From: an uncultured Bacteroides sp.
GTDB lineage: Bacteria > Bacteroidota > Bacteroidia > Bacteroidales > Muribaculaceae
Length of the DNA: 64,000 nt
Direction: 5' to 3'
Assembly: GCA_964486445.1 (NCBI GenBank)
Contig: CAZAME010000002.1
Coordinates: 897 to 64,896 of the forward strand
The notes beneath the pieces were generated by a model. The model worked only from the letters and a program-made list of their open reading frames with translations. It was not told the DNA's origin and made no database searches. Below, piece by piece: positions 50,676 through 60,219 of the stretch; positions within the stretch are counted from its first letter, which is position 1, and each line of letters starts with the position of its first letter. Made by a program: the position numbers and the translations under genes.

Positions 50676-50823
50676 TGCGGCCGCAAAGTTACTAAAAAAT
50701 CCTGATTCTCAGCCAAAAATGTAGTGTTAACAGTTCCGGAAAATGTGAATGGGATATAAATGTAATTTGATATTTGTAAATGAAAGGTTTTTAGTATATT
50801 CGCAATATAAAACCAAAAAGTAG

Positions 50824-51168
50824 ATGGAACTTGATTCTCGAAATATAAAGAGACTATTGAGAATACAGAAACATTATATTGCCAAGAATTGGGTCAGCTT
50901 CTTAAAGAAGGCGGTAGCATATATCTATTTGTGCACTGTTTTTGCTGTGATGCTGACGTTCTTTTCGTATATGGTGACACACCATGTAGAACTTGAGATT
51001 GGTTTTGCGCTCTTGGTAATCTTATGTCTATTTCCTATAAATCTTATTGTTAATCATCTAATTGTAAGGATTGCTGTGAGTCATAAGACGTTGTTTATAT
51101 TTGAAATCCTTACTGTGTTAGCCATTGTTTCGATACTTCTTGGCAATATTGTGTCTTTCCGTTTTTAA
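50824..51168 (+). CDS. Small AT-rich hypothetical membrane protein
   Basis: 114 aa with about three TM segments. Confidence 0.6.
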   Translation: MELDSRNIKRLLRIQKHYIAKNWVSFLKKAVAYIYLCTVFAVMLTFFSYMVTHHVELEIGFALLVILCLFPINLIVNHLIVRIAVSHKTLFIFEILTVLAIVSILLGNIVSFRF

Positions 51169-51238
51169 TGTGTCCTGCGACATTTTAATAATACATCAAT
51201 ATTCCTTATCTTTGCATTAGTGATACATTATTGCAGGA

Positions 51239-52003
51239 ATGTATATGCAGAGTAACGTCAAAGATTTTTTCATACCCGATAATGAGGTAAAACTTTGTGA
51301 TGAACTTGACTACACCCGCGTAGATGAATACATCCGCTCGGCCGAGGCTTTTTCGCGCACTTCCTACCAGAGTGTGTATATAATTGATTACTTCAAGCAA
51401 AACTTCCTCTATGTCTCGCCAAACTCAATGTTTCTGTGTGGTCGCACACCGCAGCAGGTGCAGGCACTCGGATATCGGTTCTATCTTGAGTTTGTGCCTG
51501 TAGATGAGCACCCCATGCTTCTCGCGCTCAATAATGCCGGCTTCTCGTTTTTTAGTGGTTTACCAATCGAGCAGAGACTCGAGTGGTATATTTCCTATGA
51601 CTTCCATATCATCTCCGACGGGCGCCGCATGCTCATCAATCACAAACTCACACCACTGGCCCTTACCTCTGACGGAAAGATATGGCTTGCGCTGTGTGTC
51701 GTGTCGGCTTCTAATCACACCGAGCCGGGGCATGTTGAACTGCACCGCGACGGCTCATCTCAATATTATGAATACAACATGCTGACTCGTCGTTGGGATC
51801 CTCGCGAAATGCCTAAACTCTCCGACGGCGAGAAGACGGTGCTCACTCTTTCTATTCAAGGCTACACCATGGCAGAGATTGCCGATAAAATATGCCTATC
51901 GCCAGACACGGTCAAGAAATATCGCCAGCGTGTGTTTGAAAAACTCCGCGTGCGCAATATCTCTGAGGCTGTAGTCTGCGCAACCAACAACAAGTTGATT
52001 TAA
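51239..52003 (+). CDS. PAS-like + LuxR HTH transcriptional regulator
   Basis: SVYIIDY..FLYVS sensor domain and LS..EK.VL.L..QG.TMAEIA..CLS.DTVKKYR..VFEKL LuxR HTH. Confidence 0.9.
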   Translation: MYMQSNVKDFFIPDNEVKLCDELDYTRVDEYIRSAEAFSRTSYQSVYIIDYFKQNFLYVSPNSMFLCGRTPQQVQALGYRFYLEFVPVDEHPMLLALNNAGFSFFSGLPIEQRLEWYISYDFHIISDGRRMLINHKLTPLALTSDGKIWLALCVVSASNHTEPGHVELHRDGSSQYYEYNMLTRRWDPREMPKLSDGEKTVLTLSIQGYTMAEIADKICLSPDTVKKYRQRVFEKLRVRNISEAVVCATNNKLI

Positions 52004-52260
52004 AAATCCCGCATCCTCAATTGTCTACTTTTAGGTATGGCACAGGCCGTATCTCTGCCGTAATTTTGCGTCGTAATAATTATCTCGGCGATGGAAAATT
52101 ACGATATGTCTGTATGCCATGCTTTGACAACTGAAATGTTAAATAATAGTTAAACATGGTATTATGTATAACATAGTATTGTGCAATGTGCTACATTTGC
52201 ACCGTCGACATTACGAGATTACAACACAAATTATTAAACTTATCATTAAAATAGAGAGAA

Positions 52261-54378
52261 ATGAAGCAGACAAAACTATATGTCAATCGCTTGGATTCTA
52301 AAAGAATATACGTAATGCTGCTGTCGGTGGTGTGTGCATTTGGGTGTGCAGTTGCTCAGTCTGAGGTTGCCGACACCATACAGGGCAGGGAGCTCAATGA
52401 GATTGTTGTCGCAGCGCCCAGGGTTGTCCGCAAAGCCGATATGGATATATATCACCCGTCGAAGAGTGCGGTTGAGAACTCTAAAAACGGCATGGAGCTT
52501 CTGCGAAATCTGATGATACCGTCGTTAAATGTTAATGATGCGCTGGGCGCAGTAACTTCAGCCGGCACAGCAGTCGAAGTGCGCATCAACGGTCGTGTGG
52601 CGACTATTGATCAGGTGAGATCACTGTTGCCTGAGACCATCAAGCGCGTTGAGTGGATTGACAATCCCGGTCTGCGATATAAAGGAGCAAGCTATGTGCT
52701 CAATTTCATTGTTGCAAATCCATCTCTTGGCGGTTCGCTCATGCTTCAGGCCCAGCCTGCTCTTAATCAAAAATTTGGTTATTATTATGCTGATGTCAAA
52801 CTCAATTCCGGTCGCTCGCAGTGGGAAGTCGGCAGCTACTTCAAACTCACTGAAGACATAAAGGCGCACCGTGAATACAAAGAAACGTTCACTTTCCCCG
52901 ACGGCAATACTCTCACCCGCGTAGAGACGCCCCTCAGTGGCGACGTCGACGGCACGATGGGTGCCGAGTGGGCGTCATACAGCTACATTAAGCCCGACAC
53001 CACAGTGTTTTATGCTTCTATACGCGCCGATCACACCTATAGCAATGGCCTTTTATATCGTGGTTTGCTCTCCATGAGTAATGGCTCCGACGATATCCTG
53101 TTGACCAACGATAAATCTGCCAAGGGCATCACACCGTCGGCCTCAGCCTATCTTGAGCAGCACTTTGGCCGCCACCACACTCTTGTGGTTGACTTCAGCG
53201 CATCGCACTATTCAGGCCATTCGGCCTCGCTGTATCAGGAGCGCCTTCCCGATGCCTCCGACTTTCTCACAGATGTGAATACATATATCACCGACAGCAA
53301 TCAGGCTTACGGCCTTGAGACAAACTATATACTGTCAGTCGGAAAGTCGCGATTCACTGCCGGTGCGTCATACACAGCCAACCGTAATCGCTCGGCCTAC
53401 CGCAATCTCGGCGGGGAGGTATTTCATCAGAGTCAGGATAAGGTGTATTTCTTTGCCGAATATTTCAGGCAGATCAATAAATTCACCGTCACTGGCGGCC
53501 TTGGTGCACAATACACATCTTTCAATTTCCGCGAGACATCACAAGGCAGCAACTCGTGGAATCTCCGCCCTCAGGCCACGCTCACATACTCTATAAACTA
53601 CAATCACAATCTCCGGTTGTCTTTCACTTCCTGGCAGTCGGCTCCATCTTTGGCCGAAACCAATATTGCGCCTCAGCAGCTCGATGGCTTTCAGTGGCAG
53701 ATCGGCAATGCATCGCTCAAGACATCCTCGTCATACATGCTCACCCTGCGATACGGCCATAATTTCCCGCGAGTATCGGGCGCATTTAATGTGCGGGCAT
53801 TCACAAGCCCCAATGCCATAACACCGTATCTATATTGGGACTCCGACCGGCTGATTACAACATACGAGAACAGTCGCGGTTTGCAGAATCTCACATTCTC
53901 GCTCTCCGAGCAGATACAAATCATCCCCGATTGGCTCTTGTTCTCCGGTACTATCAGATATAGAGCCGAGAAAATGTCGGGCACAGGTTATCGTTTCTAT
54001 AATCACTGCTGGAGTGGTGATGCAGCGCTTATGCTCTCGCACAGCGGTTTTAATCTGGTCTTTCAGTATGTGCGTGCCCAGCGCGACCTCTGGGGCGAAA
54101 AAATCTCCTGGGGTGAGGACATCACTGTTATCGAAGGAACATACAACATCAAGAATTGGCAATTCGGAGCCGCAATCATTATGCCATTCGGAAAATACGA
54201 TCAGGGCTCGAAATCGCTCAGCCGCTGGAACCGAAATGAGCAGCACATGCGCTTAGATATGCGCGTGCCATATATAAAGATCAGCTATAACCTGCAGTGG
54301 GGTCGCCAGAAGCGTGGTGCCAACAAACTCATTAACGCCTCTGCCGATGCCGACAAATCAAGTATAGGTTCACGATAA
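52261..54378 (+). CDS. Outer-membrane beta-barrel / TonB-dependent-receptor-like protein
   Basis: Signal peptide, ELNEIVV TonB-box-like segment, plug IKRVEWIDNP, IGNASLK and a terminal ISYNL strand. Confidence 0.8.
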   Translation: MKQTKLYVNRLDSKRIYVMLLSVVCAFGCAVAQSEVADTIQGRELNEIVVAAPRVVRKADMDIYHPSKSAVENSKNGMELLRNLMIPSLNVNDALGAVTSAGTAVEVRINGRVATIDQVRSLLPETIKRVEWIDNPGLRYKGASYVLNFIVANPSLGGSLMLQAQPALNQKFGYYYADVKLNSGRSQWEVGSYFKLTEDIKAHREYKETFTFPDGNTLTRVETPLSGDVDGTMGAEWASYSYIKPDTTVFYASIRADHTYSNGLLYRGLLSMSNGSDDILLTNDKSAKGITPSASAYLEQHFGRHHTLVVDFSASHYSGHSASLYQERLPDASDFLTDVNTYITDSNQAYGLETNYILSVGKSRFTAGASYTANRNRSAYRNLGGEVFHQSQDKVYFFAEYFRQINKFTVTGGLGAQYTSFNFRETSQGSNSWNLRPQATLTYSINYNHNLRLSFTSWQSAPSLAETNIAPQQLDGFQWQIGNASLKTSSSYMLTLRYGHNFPRVSGAFNVRAFTSPNAITPYLYWDSDRLITTYENSRGLQNLTFSLSEQIQIIPDWLLFSGTIRYRAEKMSGTGYRFYNHCWSGDAALMLSHSGFNLVFQYVRAQRDLWGEKISWGEDITVIEGTYNIKNWQFGAAIIMPFGKYDQGSKSLSRWNRNEQHMRLDMRVPYIKISYNLQWGRQKRGANKLINASADADKSSIGSR

Positions 54379-54455
54379 GCAATTCTACATATAGTACATA
54401 ATATAAATAAGAGTTATTACGGAATTTTTTTTGACAGTTACTCATGCTAATCAAT

Positions 54456-54492
54456 GGGAGTTCTCGGCAGTGATGTCGGGGACTCTTTTTTT
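54456..54492 (+). terminator. Intrinsic terminator
   Basis: gggagttctcggca / tgtcggggactctt followed by a T run. Confidence 0.7.
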
Positions 54493-54507
54493 GCCTGTCA
54501 GCTTTTT

Positions 54508-54786
54508 CTAAGGATTATAAATATCCGGATTAAAGAATGCCATGATGTCGTATGCTTGGTTGAGCGCAGTCGCAGCCCGAGATGTCGGGTCGATTGCGGC
54601 TGCTTGCTTGTAGTAGCCCATTGCCGAGCGTCTGTTGCCGAGTTGCCAGTCGAGTTTTCCACGCATAAACAGGGCTTCCGCGTCATTTGCGCCCGACTCG
54701 GTCTTCAGGTATGCATCAAGGGCAGCTGCGGCTTCGTCTGTTTTTCCGTTTTCTATGAGGGTGAGTATATTTTGCAGATTGAACAT
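54508..54786 (-). CDS. Small TPR protein
   Basis: AEALFMRGKLDWQLG...AMGYYKQAAAIDP TPR. Start taken as the ATG at 54786. Confidence 0.8.
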   Translation of the reverse strand: MFNLQNILTLIENGKTDEAAAALDAYLKTESGANDAEALFMRGKLDWQLGNRRSAMGYYKQAAAIDPTSRAATALNQAYDIMAFFNPDIYNP

Positions 54787-54852
54787 AAATGTGTATTTTT
54801 GTTTTATATATTGTATAACACCGTTGTATATACGATATTTCACTGCAAAGAT

Positions 54853-56118
54853 ATGAAACGTTTCAGCTTTTTAGCTTTTTTAGGCGTGTTTTTATGCACT
54901 GCGGCTTATGGCGCCGATCCCATGGCCACAAATTACTCTACGGCTGATTGCCAAGGCAGTCTGCGCCCATATCCCGTGCCTCGCACCACTACAGCTGTGC
55001 CCGACACTCTTGTGCCGGTTTTTATAAACCATGTTGGCCGACACGGTGCCCGCTATCCTTCGTCGGCCCGCAATGCTCTTGCCTTGCGCGACGCTTTGCG
55101 CAAAGCCGACTCCTTGGGCACACTCACGTCTATGGGGCGCGAGATGATGAAGATAAACGACCTGGTTATCAATATGAGTGATGGCCGCTGGGGTGCTCTT
55201 GACTCCCTTGGCATGGCTGAGCAACGGGGCATTGCTTCGCGCATGATGCTCAATTTTCCTCAGGTCTTCGACAAGGGTGGCAACGTGTCGGCTTTGTCGT
55301 CTTATTCTCCGCGTGTGATGATGAGTATGTATAGCTTCACTCATCAGATGGATCGGCTCAACAATAAGCTTGAGTTCACTACAACCACGGGGCGGCAGAA
55401 TTCTTTGCTCATGCGCCCCTTTGATGTCGATCAGGATTATATAGATTTCCGCAAGTCGGGCGTCACCGACGAGCCTTATGACACTTTTGTCAAGGCCGTT
55501 TGTCCCACAACTGCAATCCGTCGGGTGCTTGGTGATAACTATCCTTTTGCCGATGATGCCGAGGCTCGGTCTCTTGCTCTTGCTCAATACTATATTGTGG
55601 CCGGTCTTAGTGCTATGGGGGTGCACTATGATGCACTCAAGATGTTCAGCACCGAGGAATACAATGCCCTGTGGTCTTGCTTCAATATGCGCCAGTATCT
55701 TCAGCGCACTGCCACTACACTCAGCTCGGTTCCTGCCGACATAGCTGCTCCGCTTGTTCTTGATCTTATTACAACAATGGACGCTGCCGCCGAGGGCACG
55801 TCGACTTATGTGGCCTGTCTGCGGTTTGGACACGCCGAGACCATGATGCCTCTCACATCCTTGCTGCATCTGCCCGGATGCTATTATCTCACTAACTATT
55901 ATGACACCGTTGCCATGCACTGGCGCGACTTTTATGTCGTGCCTATGGCCTCCAATCTGCAGTTTATATTGCTGCGCAATTCCCGCGGTCAGTGCTATGT
56001 GCGTGTCGATTTCAACGAGCAGCCCATCACCCTTATCCCTAACGATGACCGCATATATATCCCCTGGGGCGAAGCGCGCGACTACATGATGCGCTGCGTG
56101 CCGTTGTATATGCAGTAA
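54853..56118 (+). CDS. Histidine acid phosphatase, multiple inositol polyphosphate phosphatase (MINPP/phytase) type
   Basis: RHGARYP phosphohistidine motif and RFGHAE proton-donor motif. Signal peptide starts at ATG 54853. Confidence 0.88.
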   Translation: MKRFSFLAFLGVFLCTAAYGADPMATNYSTADCQGSLRPYPVPRTTTAVPDTLVPVFINHVGRHGARYPSSARNALALRDALRKADSLGTLTSMGREMMKINDLVINMSDGRWGALDSLGMAEQRGIASRMMLNFPQVFDKGGNVSALSSYSPRVMMSMYSFTHQMDRLNNKLEFTTTTGRQNSLLMRPFDVDQDYIDFRKSGVTDEPYDTFVKAVCPTTAIRRVLGDNYPFADDAEARSLALAQYYIVAGLSAMGVHYDALKMFSTEEYNALWSCFNMRQYLQRTATTLSSVPADIAAPLVLDLITTMDAAAEGTSTYVACLRFGHAETMMPLTSLLHLPGCYYLTNYYDTVAMHWRDFYVVPMASNLQFILLRNSRGQCYVRVDFNEQPITLIPNDDRIYIPWGEARDYMMRCVPLYMQ

Positions 56119-56119
56119 A

Positions 56120-56151
56120 AGGCTTATAGTCCTTGTCTGATCTATAAGCCT
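56120..56151. terminator. Terminator between convergent genes
   Basis: Inverted repeat aggcttatag / ctataagcct. Confidence 0.65.
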
Positions 56152-56178
56152 CAAAATCGTCTCAAGAAAAGAAATTTT

Positions 56179-57576
56179 TTACTTGCGTAGTGCCGATTCT
56201 ATCTTCGAGATATCCTCCTTGAGCTTCTTCTCGATAGGGAGGCGTTCTTCTATGCTGTTGCAGGCATAGAGCACTGTGGCATGCGATCGCGACAGACGGG
56301 TGCCTATTGCAGTGTAGGGCATTTTGGCGAGTTTCTTTGCAAGATACATCACCACCTGACGTGCATCTGATATTTCACGCTTGCGGCTCTTGGTGAAGAT
56401 GACATCCGCATCGAGGTTGTAATACGATGCCACTTCTTGAGTTATTGCTTCAAAGTTTACTTGCTTTCGGTTGATCTTCACAGCGTTATTCAGAACCTTG
56501 CGTGCAAGGTCTACAGTGATATCTCGGCCAAGCACTGTTGCGTGGGCTATCAGCGACACTACAACTCCTTCGAGCTCGCGGATTGAGTCGGTGACGTTTT
56601 CGGCGATATATTCCAGTACTTCTGCCGGTATCGACAGGCCGTCGCGCTCGGCTCGGCGCTCAAGCACATCCTTGCGCAATGTCTGGTCGGGCTTATCGAG
56701 CTGAGTTGACATTCCCCACTTAAAACGCGATAGTAATCGTGCCTCAAAGCCCTCCATCTGGGCTGGTGCACAGTCGCTCGACAATATTATCTGCTTCTGG
56801 TTTTGATGCAGATGGTTGAAGATGTGGAAAAATGTGTTTTGCGTGCCCTGCTTGCCGCTGAGATCCTGCACATCGTCGATGATGAGCGTGTCAATACTCT
56901 GGTAGAAGGCAAAGAAGTCATTTATATGATTGTTGCGCAGTGCAGCAGTGTACTGGCTCTCAAATAATCGTGCAGTCACATAGAGCACACGCGCCATGGG
57001 GTTGCGCTCTTTTACTCTGATGCCTATAGCCTGTATTAGATGGGTCTTGCCCACACCTGTCGGGCCAAATACAAACAGAGGATTAAATGTCTTGCATTTA
57101 GGATTGTCTGCGATTGCCTCGCCTATCGAGCGGGCGATTTTATTGGAGTTGCCGCCACAGTAATTCTCAAATGTATAGTAGGGATTGAGCTGTGGGTCTA
57201 TATCCTGGGCTACTACCGGCTGGAAAGGATTTGCTGCAACCTTGCCCTGTGCTATAGGCGATGGGTTGTTGTTGCGCACATTGACCTGCGATTCCGGATC
57301 ATTGCGCACTGCATAGAAGTTGAAGATGATGACAATACCCTCGCCGAAAAATTTGCGCACTGATGCCACAAGGAGTTTGCCGAAGCGCTCCTCGAGCTGC
57401 TCGGCATAATATCCTGAGGGCACACTCAGACGCAACTTGCCATCCTGACAGCTCAAAGCGCTGACAGGCTTAAACCAAGTGTCGAATTGTTCTGTGGAGA
57501 CGTTGTCGCGTATGAAAGCAAGACAGTCATTCCACTTTTGGGTTAGCACATTTTCCATTGTCAAAGGAGATGGCAT
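56179..57576 (-). CDS. dnaA: Chromosomal replication initiator DnaA
   Basis: YTFENY, NPLFVFGPTGVGKTHL, IIDDVQ, LLSRF, IRELEG and ARQVVMYL...RSHATV. Confidence 0.97.
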   Translation of the reverse strand: MPSPLTMENVLTQKWNDCLAFIRDNVSTEQFDTWFKPVSALSCQDGKLRLSVPSGYYAEQLEERFGKLLVASVRKFFGEGIVIIFNFYAVRNDPESQVNVRNNNPSPIAQGKVAANPFQPVVAQDIDPQLNPYYTFENYCGGNSNKIARSIGEAIADNPKCKTFNPLFVFGPTGVGKTHLIQAIGIRVKERNPMARVLYVTARLFESQYTAALRNNHINDFFAFYQSIDTLIIDDVQDLSGKQGTQNTFFHIFNHLHQNQKQIILSSDCAPAQMEGFEARLLSRFKWGMSTQLDKPDQTLRKDVLERRAERDGLSIPAEVLEYIAENVTDSIRELEGVVVSLIAHATVLGRDITVDLARKVLNNAVKINRKQVNFEAITQEVASYYNLDADVIFTKSRKREISDARQVVMYLAKKLAKMPYTAIGTRLSRSHATVLYACNSIEERLPIEKKLKEDISKIESALRK

Positions 57577-57899
57577 GCCGGGTTTAAGAGGATGATAGTT
57601 TATTTTGAGGCTGAGAGGCTGGGCGGCATGCCTGACTTTAGCAGTGCAAAATTGCGATATGTTTTTTTATAAAACAAATGCAATTTTGTTTTGTAAATTG
57701 AAATATTCTGCAATCGTGTGAGTCTCAGCGGCTTATTTAAGCTATATTGCTGTGTTTATTTTATTGCTTTAAGTATTATGTATAATCGGCTGTAATTAAA
57801 GAACATGCATTTGCATTGTTTGCCTATGTCTTAAAGCGATTGTTAATAACTTTTTTGCCGATGATGCGCTTTTAGATGCTCTCAGAAGCATTTGTATAT

Positions 57900-57940
57900 A
57901 ACAATGGCTTATTTAGATTGTGTCTAAATAAGCCATTGTT
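57900..57940 (-). terminator. Terminator after mlaD
   Basis: 18-bp perfect inverted repeat aacaatggcttatttaga / tctaaataagccattgtt. Confidence 0.8.
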
Positions 57941-57949
57941 GCGTTGCTG

Positions 57950-58849
57950 TTACAGAAGCTTGATGCTGATGTAGCGTTTTGGGTTTTTCTTTATGTCGAT
58001 AAGCAGAGAGTCAAGCGATGCTACTGTGGCATTGAGGTTGTCATACAGCCCCGGGTCGTTGATAAGTCGCCCGAGCGTTGAGTTGTCCTTGCCCAGGGTT
58101 TCGCTGAGTTGTCGCAGGTTTGCTGTTAAGGTGTTGATGTTGTCGGCTATGGAGTCTATCGGCAGATCCTTTGCCTTTGCCGTTAGCGTGGCTATGTCGG
58201 CTGATGCTCCGGCAAGATTGCCTGAGATTGTATTTACATTCGCCGCTATCGGCGGGAGTGTGCCCATCAGTGCATTCAGTTGGCGGGTTGACGCTTCAAG
58301 ATTGGCTGTGATGGCATCAAGGCGTTTCACCGATGCAGCCAGTGCAGGGTCAGCTACAAGATTGTTTACCGATGTCAGCAGTGTGTCTACTTTGGGAATT
58401 ATACGCCCCACTGCGGGCAACATTTCATTGGCTACGTTGTCCATCATTCCGGCTTTGTTCTCGCCTTTGAGACGGTCGCCCACATTGTGGTAGTTGTTGC
58501 CGGCGCCCGGGATAAGCTGTATCGCCGCGGTGCCGAGCAGGTCGGTGCCGAGCATTGCCACTGTGCCCTCCGGCAGACGCAGCTCTTTGTTCAGGCTCAT
58601 TTCCACAAGCACGTGTCCCGGATTGTCGTACTCGTATGATATTTCGCGGACAAGGCCGACCTTGAATCCGTTCAGCGTCACAGGGGCCGACACAGCCAGG
58701 CCCTCCACATTGGTGTACGTCGCGTAGTAGTAATTGGTCGGTTTAAAGATGTTGATACCTTTGAGGAAGTCGATGCCTACAACAAGAATAGCTATTGACA
58801 CTATAGCTACTATGCCTATGATCACTTCTTTTGAAAAAATCTTTTTCAT
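57950..58849 (-). CDS. MCE/MlaD family protein
   Basis: N-terminal TM, VEGL..SAPV.LNGFKVG.V, DLLG and a C-terminal DIKKNPKRY. Confidence 0.9.
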   Translation of the reverse strand: MKKIFSKEVIIGIVAIVSIAILVVGIDFLKGINIFKPTNYYYATYTNVEGLAVSAPVTLNGFKVGLVREISYEYDNPGHVLVEMSLNKELRLPEGTVAMLGTDLLGTAAIQLIPGAGNNYHNVGDRLKGENKAGMMDNVANEMLPAVGRIIPKVDTLLTSVNNLVADPALAASVKRLDAITANLEASTRQLNALMGTLPPIAANVNTISGNLAGASADIATLTAKAKDLPIDSIADNINTLTANLRQLSETLGKDNSTLGRLINDPGLYDNLNATVASLDSLLIDIKKNPKRYISIKLL

Positions 58850-58894
58850 CGGTTGAAACGGGTGTGAGTTTTATTCTTTATCGGCTGATGGCGG

Positions 58895-60055
58895 TTATTT
58901 CACGCGCTTGCCGTCTTTTATTCTTATTATGAATGCGTCGGGGAATAGTTTCTGCACTTTTGCGAGCCGCTTTTTTGCTTCGTCAAACGAGGTTGTTGCT
59001 CCGCAGTGATATTTTAGCAGGCCGCGGTCTTCATAGCACTCGGCGTCGGCTATGCCTTTCAGTTTGGCATCGCCGGGAGCGAGTGCCGTCTTGCTTGTCA
59101 GAAACTGCACGCTGTATAGCAATCCGGTCTTGCTGGCCTGCGGTAGGGCGTCGGCCTCTTGTTGCTGCACCTGGGTTGTCGGGCTGCTATGCTGCTCTAC
59201 ATCTGGCACTGGCGGCACTGTCGTCTGCACTCCGATTTTGCGGTCATAGTCTGCCTTATAATCTATAAAAGCAGCGAATAGTGCTGTAGCAAGCTTGTTG
59301 CGACCCTTTTCCGAGGCCATGAACGACTCCATGTCGGGGTTACATATAAAGTCAAGCTCCACAAGCACTGCCGGCATAGATGTCGCATGGAGTACCCAGA
59401 ATCCCGCCTGACGCACTTTTTTGTCAGCTCGCCCTGCTTTATGCACAAGCTCGTGCTGGGCTTTCGATGCGAAGTCAAGGCTCTGCACCATGTGGCGGTT
59501 CTGTTCCATTTCAAATATTATATATGATTCGGCCGACGACGGATCAAAGCCTTCATAACGCTCGGTGTAGTCGTTTTCGAGCACTATCACCGAGTTCTCT
59601 CGCTGAGCGACGGCCAGGTTCTTCTCTGCGCGGTCTACTCCTAATGTGTATACCGACGTGCCGTTTACATGCTTGCGGTTGCGGTTACGCTTGTCTACCG
59701 AGTTAGCATGAATAGAGATGAATAGATCGCCTTTGGCTCTGTTGGCGATATTTGCCCGCTCCTGCAACTCCACAAAATAGTCGCGGTCGCGCGTGTAGAC
59801 TACCTTCACCTCTGATGCCTTGTATGCTTTGCCTATCATCTTGCCAAGCCGCAGACTCACATCGAGCACAATTGTCTTTTCGTTGGTGCGCTCGCCTATG
59901 GCGCCGTAGTCCTTGCCACCGTGTCCCGGGTCAATAACCACCACAAAGGGCCGGCTGCCTGCACAGTTTGCCTGGATAGGGCACATCACAGCTGTGGCAC
60001 AACACAATGCAAGTGCTGCCACTATATGTCTGATATGTCGCCCCAGGATGGTCAT
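58895..60055 (-). CDS. N-acetylmuramoyl-L-alanine amidase (Amidase_3)
   Basis: VVIDPGHGGKD, EK, FISIHAN and PAVLVE. Start moved to the ATG at 60055. Confidence 0.92.
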   Translation of the reverse strand: MTILGRHIRHIVAALALCCATAVMCPIQANCAGSRPFVVVIDPGHGGKDYGAIGERTNEKTIVLDVSLRLGKMIGKAYKASEVKVVYTRDRDYFVELQERANIANRAKGDLFISIHANSVDKRNRNRKHVNGTSVYTLGVDRAEKNLAVAQRENSVIVLENDYTERYEGFDPSSAESYIIFEMEQNRHMVQSLDFASKAQHELVHKAGRADKKVRQAGFWVLHATSMPAVLVELDFICNPDMESFMASEKGRNKLATALFAAFIDYKADYDRKIGVQTTVPPVPDVEQHSSPTTQVQQQEADALPQASKTGLLYSVQFLTSKTALAPGDAKLKGIADAECYEDRGLLKYHCGATTSFDEAKKRLAKVQKLFPDAFIIRIKDGKRVK

Positions 60056-60219
60056 GTCAAGTTTTTGAGGTGCAAATTTAGCAAAAATATCGCTATGATG
60101 AGTCGCGCCTTTCGCCATTTCGACCAATAAATAGTGCTCTTTGGCAACTAAACCGTGGCCGAGACGGTTATTTCAGAAAGAAATTCCTAACTTCGCGACA
60201 TAACCCATATTATATAAAT

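Noticed and set aside
54390-54420. dif-like site (agtacataa-tataaa-taagagttatt)
   Set aside because: The XerD arm matches TTATGTTAAAT poorly, so this is probably chance in AT-rich DNA.
54454-54852. N-terminal extension of the phosphatase in the ORF track
   Set aside because: It is the antisense of the TPR gene. The signal peptide begins at ATG 54853.
57577-57899. oriC in the AT-rich region upstream of dnaA
   Set aside because: I saw only one or two degenerate boxes (tatgtataa, tgttaataa) and no TTATCCACA cluster, so there is not enough support for an origin.
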